Shown: in pieces, positions 53,410 to 64,000 of the stretch
How the letters are laid out: each line of letters begins with the position of its first letter
Position numbering within the stretch: the first letter of the stretch is position 1
Origin: Azolla caroliniana
Taxonomy: Eukaryota > Plantae > Polypodiophyta
Direction of reading: 5' to 3'
NCBI GenBank assembly: GCA_043228905.1
Contig: JBHGNT010000008.1
Location: forward strand, 20,522,001 to 20,586,000
DNA length: 64,000 nt
Made by a program: the position numbers and the translations under genes
The notes under the pieces: model-generated
The model's input: the letters and a program-made list of their open reading frames with translations, nothing else
Databases searched by the model: none
What the model was told of the DNA's origin: nothing

Positions 53410-56400
53410 TGTTGCGAAAATACGACAAGGATATTTGAACTTCAGGTAGGACCCCGGGGCCTCCGACCAGAGGATATCACATTCGTGCTTTTATATTTCT
53501 AACAATTAACGAAAATAAGAAATTTAATAATTTTCATTAAAAAAGGAAAATAAATTACAATATGTCCCAAGATTGGGATTCAAAAGTTTTAGGTTTACTG
53601 AGATTAATAGAAAAGAAAAATTAGGGGTTTTGAAAGATATGGCTTCCGTAGGAAAAATTAGGGTTTTTGAGACTTATGGCTTCCGTAGGGAAATTAGGGT
53701 TTTTGAGTGTTATGGCTTCCGTAGGGAAAATTAGGGTTTTTGAGTGTTATGGATTCGATAAGATAAGAGAGCTAAGAAGGAAAAGAAAATTAATGGAGAG
53801 AGCGTTTTGAATATTCTGGAGTTCTCCCTTGATCATCCATTTCAATGTTACTTTGCATGTCCACTTTTAGTTGCATGGCCTCTACTTTTAGTTGCATCCA
53901 TTTTTAGTTGCATGCCTTTTTCTTTTAGTTGCATGCGACCGTCCACATGACCTTTACTTTACTTTACTTTACTTTACTTTAATTAGCCACATGATCCTAT
54001 CATTTGTCCGTCTCGATCGTCGCCTGTTGTCGGATCCGCCCGGTTTCCGACACCATCCGATTGTCAATTTCGCCGGTTCCGGATTGCGGAAAGCCGGTTC
54101 TGGTTTGCTTACCGGTTTGCTTACCAACCAGTTATGGATTGCTTACCGACCGGTTCCGGTTTGCTTTTCGGTTTGCTTACGGGCCGGTTCCATTTTGATT
54201 ACCGGCAAGTTCCGGTTTGCTTACCGATCGGTTCCGGTTCCATTACTGGCCAGTTCCATTTTATTGCCAGTCAGTTTTGGGAACTTGGCCACATTCATCC
54301 ATCTAAACAAAGTGGCCAAAGTGCTCTTAGCACAAATGAAAAATGAGGGATCTCAATGTGCTTATATAGCTAGGGCCTTAAGTTTCCTATCTATGTGGGA
54401 TACTTCAAAATTCTATTTCCCCTATCTTCTTAAGCTTCATGTCCACCTAACTTGATATGTAGTTATCTATTTTGTATGTAGTAAAATGCGTTTTGAAGCT
54501 CTTGAGTACATCCATATTTCTATAACAAACTACTAATATAATCTAAAATAATTATTTCATTATTTTTTTACATAGTTTTCATATCGTGTGTGAAAAACCA
54601 CACGACATTTGTCACGGACACACCAAGTGCAGACTAAGACGGAGCACGGATGATGAGGCTACGACGGAGGGATGACGGAATGACACAAGAGCATAAAGAT
54701 AGAGATGAAGATTAAGGAGAGAAGATGGGCGAAATGAGAATATTAGATTGATATGTCCATGACTGACATTGTTCACCTTGAATTTCTTCAAGGTGAACTC
54801 AACTATTTATACTAAGTGGCATGCATACATGTTGCACGCATGTGATACAATAGAGCATGTAGGCAGTAGGAACGCATGCATGTGCCAAGTGTAAATAATA
54901 CAAGGGAGAAATTATGCACATGATGCTAGCTAAAACTTACAATGAGCAAGTATATACATGATTATATGTTAGATGTGTGGTTAACACATAACACTCGATT
55001 ACAACATGGTCATGTCAAGAGTTCGAATCGTGACAACATTCACCCCCACCAAACCTGCACATCCACCAGTATGTGCCAATTGTAGTGAGGTTCCTCTTTT
55101 GATTATTCTACTTCATCGATGTTTCTTCTTTATACCCGAACCGTCGTTGCCATCCGATCCACCATATTCTTTGTTCACTCTTTGCATTTCCATGACCGAT
55201 TGTCATGGCTCTCTTTGCTCCTCTTGAGCATAATGCTTCACTCCTTATGCATGTGCCACCTTCATCTCGACCATCTCCTTGGTCATCTCATTTTCTTTTA
55301 TCATTCTTTATTGTTCCATGCATGTCTTTCAAAAGCCTTATCGAAATACTATGGTTGAGTACTCTTAGTGATTCGTTCTTTAGCAGCATGCTCTCCTCTA
55401 GGTCCTTAAGCAACCACATTGCATGCTTCCCACTTTGTCCACTTTCTTGGTATACTCTCGTGTTGGAGTTGAACATGACTTCCATGCTAGTGTCATCCCT
55501 GTCAGATTTTATGATTACATCTTTTGGATCCATTAGGCCCACTTGGCCCTCCTCTTCCCTTGTCGTGCTTCTCCTTGGCTCTTTGTTGCAAGCATCAACT
55601 TTCGTTCTTGTGCTTTGCTTGAGCTCTGTGTCACACGCATCGACTTTCGTCATTCTGCTTTGCTTTATTTCCTTGTTGCACATAGTGGCTTTAACCCTTG
55701 CTTCATTGCCGCCACCGTCCTTCTCTTCGGTCTTACATCAGTTAATGCCCAAGTCTCTCAAACGAGTGTGGAGGAATTTTGTAGTTTGGCATTGCCTTTG
55801 TCGTGCTACTCTTTGCCGCTTCCACCTGATGGTTGTACACATTGGCTTTGGCCTTTGTTTCTTCGCTGCCACCTTCCATCTCTTGGGTCTTACATCAGTT
55901 AATGCCCAAGTCTCAAGAACTTTTGTGGGGACAGACTCTTCATGATCGTTGTCTACCCTCTTTGGCTTGACGTCTCCTTCTTCTTTGCATGTGTTAGCTA
56001 CGGCCTTCACTTCCTCGTCGCCACCTTCCATCTCTTGGGTCTCACGTTTGCTTTCCAACGCATTTGCCCAAGTCTCTAGAACAAGTGTGGAGAAAGTCTC
56101 GACACGGCCATTCGCCATTGACTCATCCATAGCCACCTCTGACTCGATGTCGTTTTTTGTGGCTATCTCCTTAATCATGTCGGCCTCACACTTTTTATCT
56201 CCCTTGGTCATGCAATTTTTGCTCATGCTTGCACCTTCATCACTTGATGTTTCAAACATGATGCGTATTCCGAAATATTTGTCTTCGCTTGAAGTGGCAT
56301 TCGCCATCCTCAATTCATTTGTTTCATTCTTCATCTTTGTTTCTTTGCAAGACAAGAAGGCGTCTTGTTCCACACTTTCTCCCGTGGTGCTATCGTACCA

Positions 56401-57960
56401 AACTTGGGCCTTTGTATCGACCGTAACATTAATTAGCATTTGTTGGGAGGCCTTTGCTTCCTCAATCACCATTTGCTTCAATTTTGGCTCCTTTTGAAGC
56501 TTCTCTTCAATATCATCTTGCACCTTTAAGTTCTCTAATGCTTCTCTAATTAAGGCTTTATATTGAGTATCGAATCTTCCCTCTTCAAGCTTTCTTCTTT
56601 AAGTGGTAGTTTGTAGTTTCATCCCATCCTCCTTTCACCATCCCGTGTACGTTGTGTTGTCGCCGATGAGAATCTTGTCTTCCTCTCATCGTGAAATCGA
56701 CATACTCTTTCCACTTTAGTCCAATATTTTGTGCGGCCATTTGCACCATCGTCATCCTCAAGTCGGATTCCAATGGCATTCCTTTTGTTCCGGTCTATCG
56801 ATTTCACGAACATTAGGACTTTATCTACCCCCACCAATCTTTGATCCCGCTCCGAGAGTTGTGCAAATCGACACTTGAACTCATCGAAAGCATTCATAGC
56901 ACTTTGGTGGGTCTTTAATGATGATACCCATTGGTCAAACTCATATAGTTTGCATCTCTTCAGCTCTTTGTATCTATATGCCTCCATGAGATATCTTCCT
57001 GCTGCCTCATTTTATGTCAGGTTCACCAAAGATGTCGCGAAAATACAACGAGGATACGTGAACTTGAGGCAGGACCCCGGGGCATCCGACCAGAGGATAT
57101 CACATTTGTGCTTTTTATATTTCTAACAATTAACGGAAATAAGAAATTTAATAATTTTCATTAAAAAAGGAAAAGAAATTACAATATGTCCTAAGATTGG
57201 GATTCAAAAGTTTTAGGTTTACTGAGATTAATAGAAAAGAAAATTTAGGGGTTTTGAAAGATATGGTTTCCGTAGGGAAAATTAGGGTTTTTGAGTGTTA
57301 TGGATTCGATAAGATAAGAGAGCTAAGAAGGAAAAGAAAATTAATGGAGAGAGCCCTCCTTCTGTATATATATGTGATATTTATTTATTTATTTGGTCGT
57401 CGGATGTTGGATGACACCGGTTTGCCGGATGCGGGTCGTCGTCGGTTGCCAGATGACGTTGGTTCCCCGAATGCCGCAGATTACCGTCGGTCGCCAGATG
57501 CTGGATACCGTCTCCGCCGCCGCCTCGCCGGCTTCGTCGGATCACCGATCGCCGGTTACCATCCAGTTCCGTTTTAGTTGGCCAAAACCTTTACAAGTGG
57601 CTAGGCCACCTCCACTCGTAGTTCAAGTTATACCTTGAACTCTCTATGCTCCACACATAGACACAAATATAATAACTTTTGTTCTACCTTATATATGGTG
57701 AGAGCCTTATTCGTCCTATCTATGTGGGATATCTCACAATTTTCTCTTTTTCTTTTCCAACTTCTTACCCACATAAGTTGACACTTAGATGTTCGTTTCT
57801 TATGTAGTAAAGTGCATCTCTTCAAGATCTTCGTCTTTTGTACTAAAATATTTAAACTTACTTAGAATTAATATATTCACTATTATTGTTTTATATGATT
57901 AACACTTGATTTCATACGTCTTATGTGATTTTCACACCATTGCCGAAAATCTTCACGACA
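53410..57960 (-). mobile_element. Gag-only (pol-less) LTR element with Trp-type PBS
   Basis: LTRs 57960-57033 and 54607-53410 with TGTCGTG/CGCRACA ends. PBS TGGTGAACCTGACATA 57028-57013. gag homologous to 48746-49560. PPT GGTGGGGGTGAA at ~55050-55039. Confidence 0.85.
54610..55035. mobile_element. Solo LTR (426 bp)
   Basis: Perfect inverted ends TGTCACG/CGTGACA and TSD ACATT on both sides. Confidence 0.9.
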
Positions 57961-60622
57961 CCAGTGCAAACGTCTCATTGTAGTCCACGTCGTACTTCTG
58001 CACGTAGCCTTTCACTACTAACCGAGCCTTGTATCGGTTGATCGAGCCATCAGTGTTGTACTTGACCTTGTACACCCACCTACATCCGATCGGCTTCGCA
58101 CCTTTCGGTGCGTCAACCAGGGCCCAGGTTTCATTTTCCGCCAATGCGCGCATCTCTTCCTCCATTGCGGCATGCCAATTCGCGTCCTTCGCCGCTTCTA
58201 CGTAGCTCTCCGGCTCACGTACTTCCGCTACACGCGTCATGTAAGCATAGTGATGCGCCATGTACTTGTTGTAACCAAACCGCAAAACAAGGTTCTTCTG
58301 GCGGGTAGATCGGCGTAGTTGCTCATTAGCCGATGTTGAGGCTTTCTTGGCCGACGCAGACTTCACTCTCAAAGACCCGTCATCACTTCCCTCGGAGTCG
58401 CACTTGCGTCGATCCAACTCGTTCCTATCTGTGCCGTAATCCGACACCTTCTTCTTCCCTTTTTTCTTCTGCATAAGCCATCTCCTCAGCTTCCTACGCG
58501 GAGAATGCACGACCGAGTCTCCACTACTCGCCGGCTCTTCTTCGGACTGATCAAACCGACTCAGTTGTCCATTCGGTCCGCTTAACCGAAACGAAATCGG
58601 ACTCTCTTCACAGGTCCCGATTTCAGGCTCATCCGGGGGCATCTCGGCCTCGCTGACCTCATCGTCAGAACTTAGATTGGAATTGAGGTCCGGAGTCGAA
58701 GGCAAATACCAAGATGCGGACTCGTCAAACACAACGTCACGGCTCACGCGAGCTTGTTTGGTTCGGGGGTTATAGCACTTATAACCCTTTTGCTCATCTA
58801 AATAGCCGACTAAGATACATTTCTCAGCTTTCACGTCCAACTTCCTCCGTTTCTCCTTCGGCACATGCACATACGCAATGCTACCGAAAACTCTCAAGTG
58901 TCATAGATTCGGCTTCCTTCCAAAATACACCTCATGTGCCAACACTTTGTCTCCGATCCGATTCTGGATGTATACTGCAGTTCGTACCGCCTTGGCCCAA
59001 TAAAACTTGGGCAAGCTCTTTTCTTCCAGCATTGCCTGCGCCGCTTCCACAATCGACTGATTCTTCCTTTCGGCCACGTCGTTCTGTTCCGGCGTATATC
59101 TGCAACTGAATTCTCGCCGAATTCCCATCTGTTGCAGACAACCGTTGAATTGACTGGAAAAGTACTCTTTTCCGCCATCCGACCACAGGCACTTGATCTT
59201 TCTTCCTGTTTCCCTTTCGACGAAACTCTTGAGGTCCTGGAAACAATTGAAGACTTCACTCTTCTTCTCAATGAGGTAGATTTATGTGTGCCGCATATAG
59301 TCATCGATGAAGGAGACGAAATATTGACTCCCGCCAAGACTAACATTCGGTGTCGGCCCCCATACATCGGAATGTATCAAGTCGAGCTTGTTCCGGCTCT
59401 AGTTACGCTCGCTGGGGAAAGAAAGTCGGTGTTGCTTCCCTAGCTGGCAGGCTTCACAAATTTGTGCCTTCCGGCCATTAAATTTGGGCAATCCAAACAC
59501 CACCTATTTCGATTGCAGGTCCTGAAGCCATTGATAGTTGACGTGGCCTATCCGCTTGGGCCATAAGTCGATATCTGACTTGACTTTTTGTCCTTTCGTG
59601 AACATTGCAGTGCCACCATCACTAGAGTCGAGGATAAACATCCTCCTGTCTCTATGCCCTTGCGCAATAACTCAGCCTTTCTCCTTGATGAAGCACCTGA
59701 GATGCATGAAGCGGACTTGCATCCCCTGGTCAACGATCTGCCCGACCGACACCAGATTCTTTGTGATTGTCGGGACGTGTAACACGTTCATGAGTTTCCC
59801 TTTCTGCCCGACATGGCTCAGGGGAACTTCACCGGCATTCGTGATCGGATGCGGAGTTCCTTCCATACATACGATCCTTGATCCGGTCGGGGCTTTACCA
59901 TACCGACCGTTCGTTCTTTTGCAGGCCCTTTCACTCTTGCATCCCGACTTACCCTCCGACTGGCATCTTCTCATTTACTTGCCGATTCTCGCCACCTCGA
60001 CTCCCCCTATTTCTGGAGGGTCCAGAATTTCTGTCGGCATCATTTCGGTGCCTTCTTCCTTGATCCCATCAGCTGCCTCCATTACGCACCGACTCGGCTC
60101 TTCCGCCACGACCATGGGGCCTATCTCCCTCCTTGTACAACATCTTGTTGTCGGAATGCGTGCTCGTCGAAGCACCTGCGTGGTTCTCCTCTATAAGTAG
60201 CATCGATTGTAGGTCCAAAAATGACGGCGTATTCTCCCATGTACACACAACAGTTCGGAATGCTCCGAACTTCGACGCTAGTCCCCCGAGATAGATCTAC
60301 ACCATCTCACCTTCCACGATGTTCACATCAATGGAGGCTAAGGAGTCGCATATATCTTTGATCTTCGAGGTGTAATCAACCACCGACAAGTCGCGTTGTC
60401 GTAAGTTTCTCAGCTCTTGTCGGTGTTGAAGCTTCCTGGTTGTGGTGCTTGCGGCGAAAATCTTTTTCAGATTTCCCCAAGCATCCTTCGGCGTTTTCGC
60501 ATCCCGAATATAGCGTAGGAGCTGTTCGCCGACACAAAACACGAAGTAGTACAGTACTTTGCTCGCCGACTGTTCCCACACCGGAAAATCTCTGTGTGTC
60601 GATTCAGGTGATGTGACATTTG

Positions 60623-62365
60623 TGTTAGGATCTCAGTCCCTCCGGATGGGATACAAAGGCCCGGCATCGGAAGACCCGTTGAGAACCGGATGTGGAGTAC
60701 CTAGCAATGGAAGACCCGGTGAGAACCGGATGTGGAGTACCCAGAATCAGATGATGCAGACCCGGTGAGAACCTCTCACCAGATGAAGGGACATATATGT
60801 AGATATGTTTCTGAGAGCCCATTGGGGCTATATCTGTAGATAGTCCTAATGTCATATTAGTATAAATGTGACCTAGGGCAAACAATGTGTATATCATAGT
60901 TGCTGTTATTATCTTTGGATAGTGTAATTAGTGTAACGACTGTACTGAGAGTGAGAGAGAAAGCGATATAGAGCATGTCTCTGTTGTAACCGCCGCGAGG
61001 CGAAGATTGTGAGCAAGAGGTCGTTGCCTCTGTGCTCCCTGTTGTACTCCTTGACATAGTGATAGTTTGGTGTTTGTGAACTCCCGTGGTTTTTCTTCCC
61101 TCTCAGGGTTTTCCATGTTAACATCCTGTGTATTCTCTTTTTGTTTGTGTACTTACCTCCATTCCCATTTCTTCTGTGTCTGATTGTCATCAAGTGATCT
61201 ACGCTTCGGTTGTTGACAGAGATTATTCCGCATATTTCTCGTCAAACTGGTATCAAATCGAAACGAGACAAGAAAAAATGGACGATTCGTTGGGAGGCAT
61301 GTTCAAGATCACTGGCTCCAACTACTCAGTGTGGAAGTCGAAGATGAGGGACATGCTTGTGGTTAAAGATCTTTGGTTGCCGGTTCAGTTCGGGGACAAG
61401 AGACCGGACAAAATCAATGCCACGATATGGGAGGTGATGCACATGAAGACAACGGCGTACATACGATGCTTCATCGACATGAGTCTATACAACAACTTCA
61501 ATGAAGAGAGCAAGGCTCATGAGCTCTGGCAGAAGATCCGCATTATGTTTCAAAACAAAAATGTTGTTAATCAGGTTTCGGTATTTCAGAAGCTAGTAAG
61601 ACTTCGGTACCAAGATGGCTCCAGCATGGCGGAGCACATGAATGCCTTCAAGGGGCTGATCCACCAGGCAACATCATTGGAAGTACCTGTTGCCGATGAG
61701 TTACTAGCACTTGTCCTGCTCGGTTCCCTCCCAAATAGCTGGGAGACGTTGGTTGTCACTTTGGGCAATGCCGGGCCGGAAGGGAAATAGTTATCCCTAA
61801 CACGAGTGAAGTTGAGCTTGCTAGATGAGGAGGCACGTTGGAAAGACAAGGATACGAGCTCCGACTCCAAAATGCTCCTTACCGAATCGGAACGCGGAAG
61901 ACAAAGGAACCGTAGTCCCCAGAACCAGGAAAAGTCGGGGACACGGTCAAAGTCAAGGGGGAGGCCTACTTGCTTCTATTGCGGCAAGCCGGGACACTTC
62001 TAGAAGAACTGTCGGCACTTCCGAAAAGACAAGGAAACAGAAGATACCGATTCAAAGTGGACACCGGACCGGAACGGTAAAGACCGGAGGGGACCAGACC
62101 GGAAGGGTACGACGGCAATCGCGGCAAGTGAAGAAGAGTTGATGCTCATCACCGAGGAGAGTGAGTTGAACCTTGCCGGCGACGAGACAACGTGGGTTGT
62201 CGATTCCGGAGCATCGTTCCACCTTACCCCAGACCGAAAATGCTTCTCATCCTACACAGCCAGTGATCACGGTTGTGTCCGGATGGGGAATGAAGGTACA
62301 TGCCGAATTGTTGGCATAGGAGACTTGTGGTTGACAACACCAACCGGATGCAAGCTACTGTTGAA
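60623..62365 (+). mobile_element. Copia element H, 5' part (LTR 60623-61244, PBS, gag, protease)
   Basis: PBS TGGTATCA at 61248. gag NYSVWKSKMRDML..LGSLPNSWE, zinc knuckle CFYCGKPGH, protease WVVDSGASFH, with stops. Confidence 0.88.
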
Positions 62366-63315
62366 ACTTGCATGCCTTGTTCCACAATCTGGCCGATTGA
62401 GACCCGATTCTTCATTATAGTTGGAACATGCAAGACATAATTTCTTGATGTAGGTCTAATTGCCCTCTTTGCCGAATGGGACATTTCCGATATGCTGAAT
62501 GGGGTGAATTGTGTCATCCCCTATCTCCACATAGTCTGGTCATTCGGGTTTTCGCAATTCTCAAAACCAATCTTCATGAGACGTCATGTGATTGGATGCA
62601 CCCGAATTGACAAACCATACATTTTCTAAGTTGGAGGTTATTGTCAAGCATGATCTTGTCATCGAATTCTCTCTATGTTGCATCATGAACATTCCACCAT
62701 GATCGTCGTAGTCAGAGTTTGAGGAGTAGTTGGTGAGTTGTCAGCTTCTAGTTGCCGGCTCACTCTTCTTCTTGCGACACTTTGCCTCGTGCTGGCCGAA
62801 TTTACCACAGTATTCGCACTAGACGGAAGATTTTTGTCGGCTTGGTTCGGCATGATTGCCTCCCCTTTTGCTAGACACTCTGCCTCCCGCATTTGAAACG
62901 TCTTGTCAATAGTAGAAGCTGTGTTCTCGAGGTTGTTCTTGGTTATGTCAGCCTTGGTTGAATCATCCTTTTCTTCCACAACCTTGTCCTATTCCTCCAT
63001 CAAAATTCGAAAATTGAGCATGTATCATTCTTGCACATTGCTTCATGTCCGAACATGATTTTCTTTGACCAGTAGCATCAATTAGAGATCGAAGGAGGGA
63101 GGATTCTCCCTTGCAAGGATTGCCGACTGTATGGCACCGAACTGAGGTGCTAGGCCTCTCGGGCATATCTACACCATTTCATCGTCGTCAATGTTAACAT
63201 TGATTTACTTGAGGGAGTCGCACAACTCCTTGATATTCAAGGTGTAGTTGTTGATTGACATGTCCCCCTGTTGTATGTTGTTAAACTCTTGATGGACTTG
63301 AAGCTTTCTTGCGGT
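62366..63315 (-). mobile_element. Copia gag/protease fragment G
   Basis: RKLQVHQEFNNIQQGDMSINNYTLNIKELCDSL and VLHVPTIMKNRVSIGQIVEQGMQV, homologous to elements B and E. Confidence 0.8.
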
Positions 63316-63579
63316 TGTAACGGGAGAGAGAGAGAGGTAAGACAACCAACCGTTACGAGGAGGACGAGAGAGGTGTTTATGTAGTCACCTTCTCTCTATA
63401 TTCTCTTTCTACAACCACCACTTACTAAAGAGGTGGAGTCTTAACTACACTAAATATGTGTCATAGAACTTTAAGGTTCTATGACACACTAGTTACTATA
63501 TTAGGAGGTGGGGTGTTCACACACTTGAATATGCTAAGGTGTGTTCCCACAGTAGGGAAGTTGAGTTTGATTCGTAACA
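63316..63579 (-). repeat. LTR-like segment related to the LTR of fragment F
   Basis: TG..CA ends. GAATATGCTAAGGTGTGTTCCCACA..GGGAAGTTGAGTTTGATTC is shared with 49870-49918. No TSD found. Confidence 0.6.
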
Positions 63580-63932
63580 ATTATATTACTTGTTGTTAAA
63601 GCTAGATCCTAATGTAAGCATGAGATAAGGATATAATAGATAGAAAAACAAGAGAGGAGGGAGAAGGAAGGTTTTCGTTCCACCTGACCACCCCCGAGAA
63701 GAAGGATCGAGATGGACTCGAGCCTCGATTGGTGCCCATACCACCGTCGTGACATCGAGTCGTACCTGGTACTAGCACACTTGCTACAAGTGTTTTATCC
63801 ACCACAAGGATAGAGTCTCGACGTAGTCAAGAGATGTCAAATGAGGGTAGCTAGGCTCCATATTTATAGCCAGACCTAAGGCCCCTAGGCAAGTTCACAA
63901 TTGGCCTTAATGGGTTGTCTCAATCCCAAGGA

Positions 63933-64000
63933 TTAAAAGTAATCCTTCCCTTCCTTACACTCTTGTTTAAAAGTAATCCTTCCCTTCCTTACACTCTTGT
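63933..64000. repeat. 34-bp tandem duplication (may continue past the window edge)
   Basis: TTAAAAGTAATCCTTCCCTTCCTTACACTCTTGT occurs twice. Confidence 0.9.

Larger units (their letters stand above)
51447..60622 (-). mobile_element. Degenerate copia element E (same family as A), interrupted by insertions
   Basis: gag 60620-60250, integrase 59440-58700, RT 58100-57961 and 53409-52900, RNase H, tail, PPT 51917-51928, 3' LTR 51916 to ~51447. Confidence 0.9.

Noticed and set aside
55205-56497. Hydrophobic, Ser-rich plus-strand ORFs resembling env or membrane proteins (also 48961-49542)
   Set aside because: They are antisense shadows of the Glu/Lys-rich gag-associated frame.

Overview
Eukaryotic land-plant genomic DNA. 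A non-seed plant such as a fern is inferred from the TE families, but the sequence alone does not prove it. The only host genes are three intact two-exon GH19 chitinases on the minus strand (5218-6008, 23766-24859, 27793-28770), carrying 0, 2 and 1 hevein (CBM18) domains. The third hevein domain has 10 Cys. The rest is mostly a nest of retroelements. These include several Ty1/copia elements, one of them apparently very young (LTRs look identical, TSD intact) with its RT region inverted in place. There is also a copia lineage whose pol continues in frame past an old PPT into a charged tail, gag-only tRNA-Trp-primed LTR elements, solo LTRs, three degenerate L1 LINEs, one RTEX-like LINE and several local tandem repeats. 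No rRNA, tRNA or CRISPR arrays were seen. All comparisons were made by eye.
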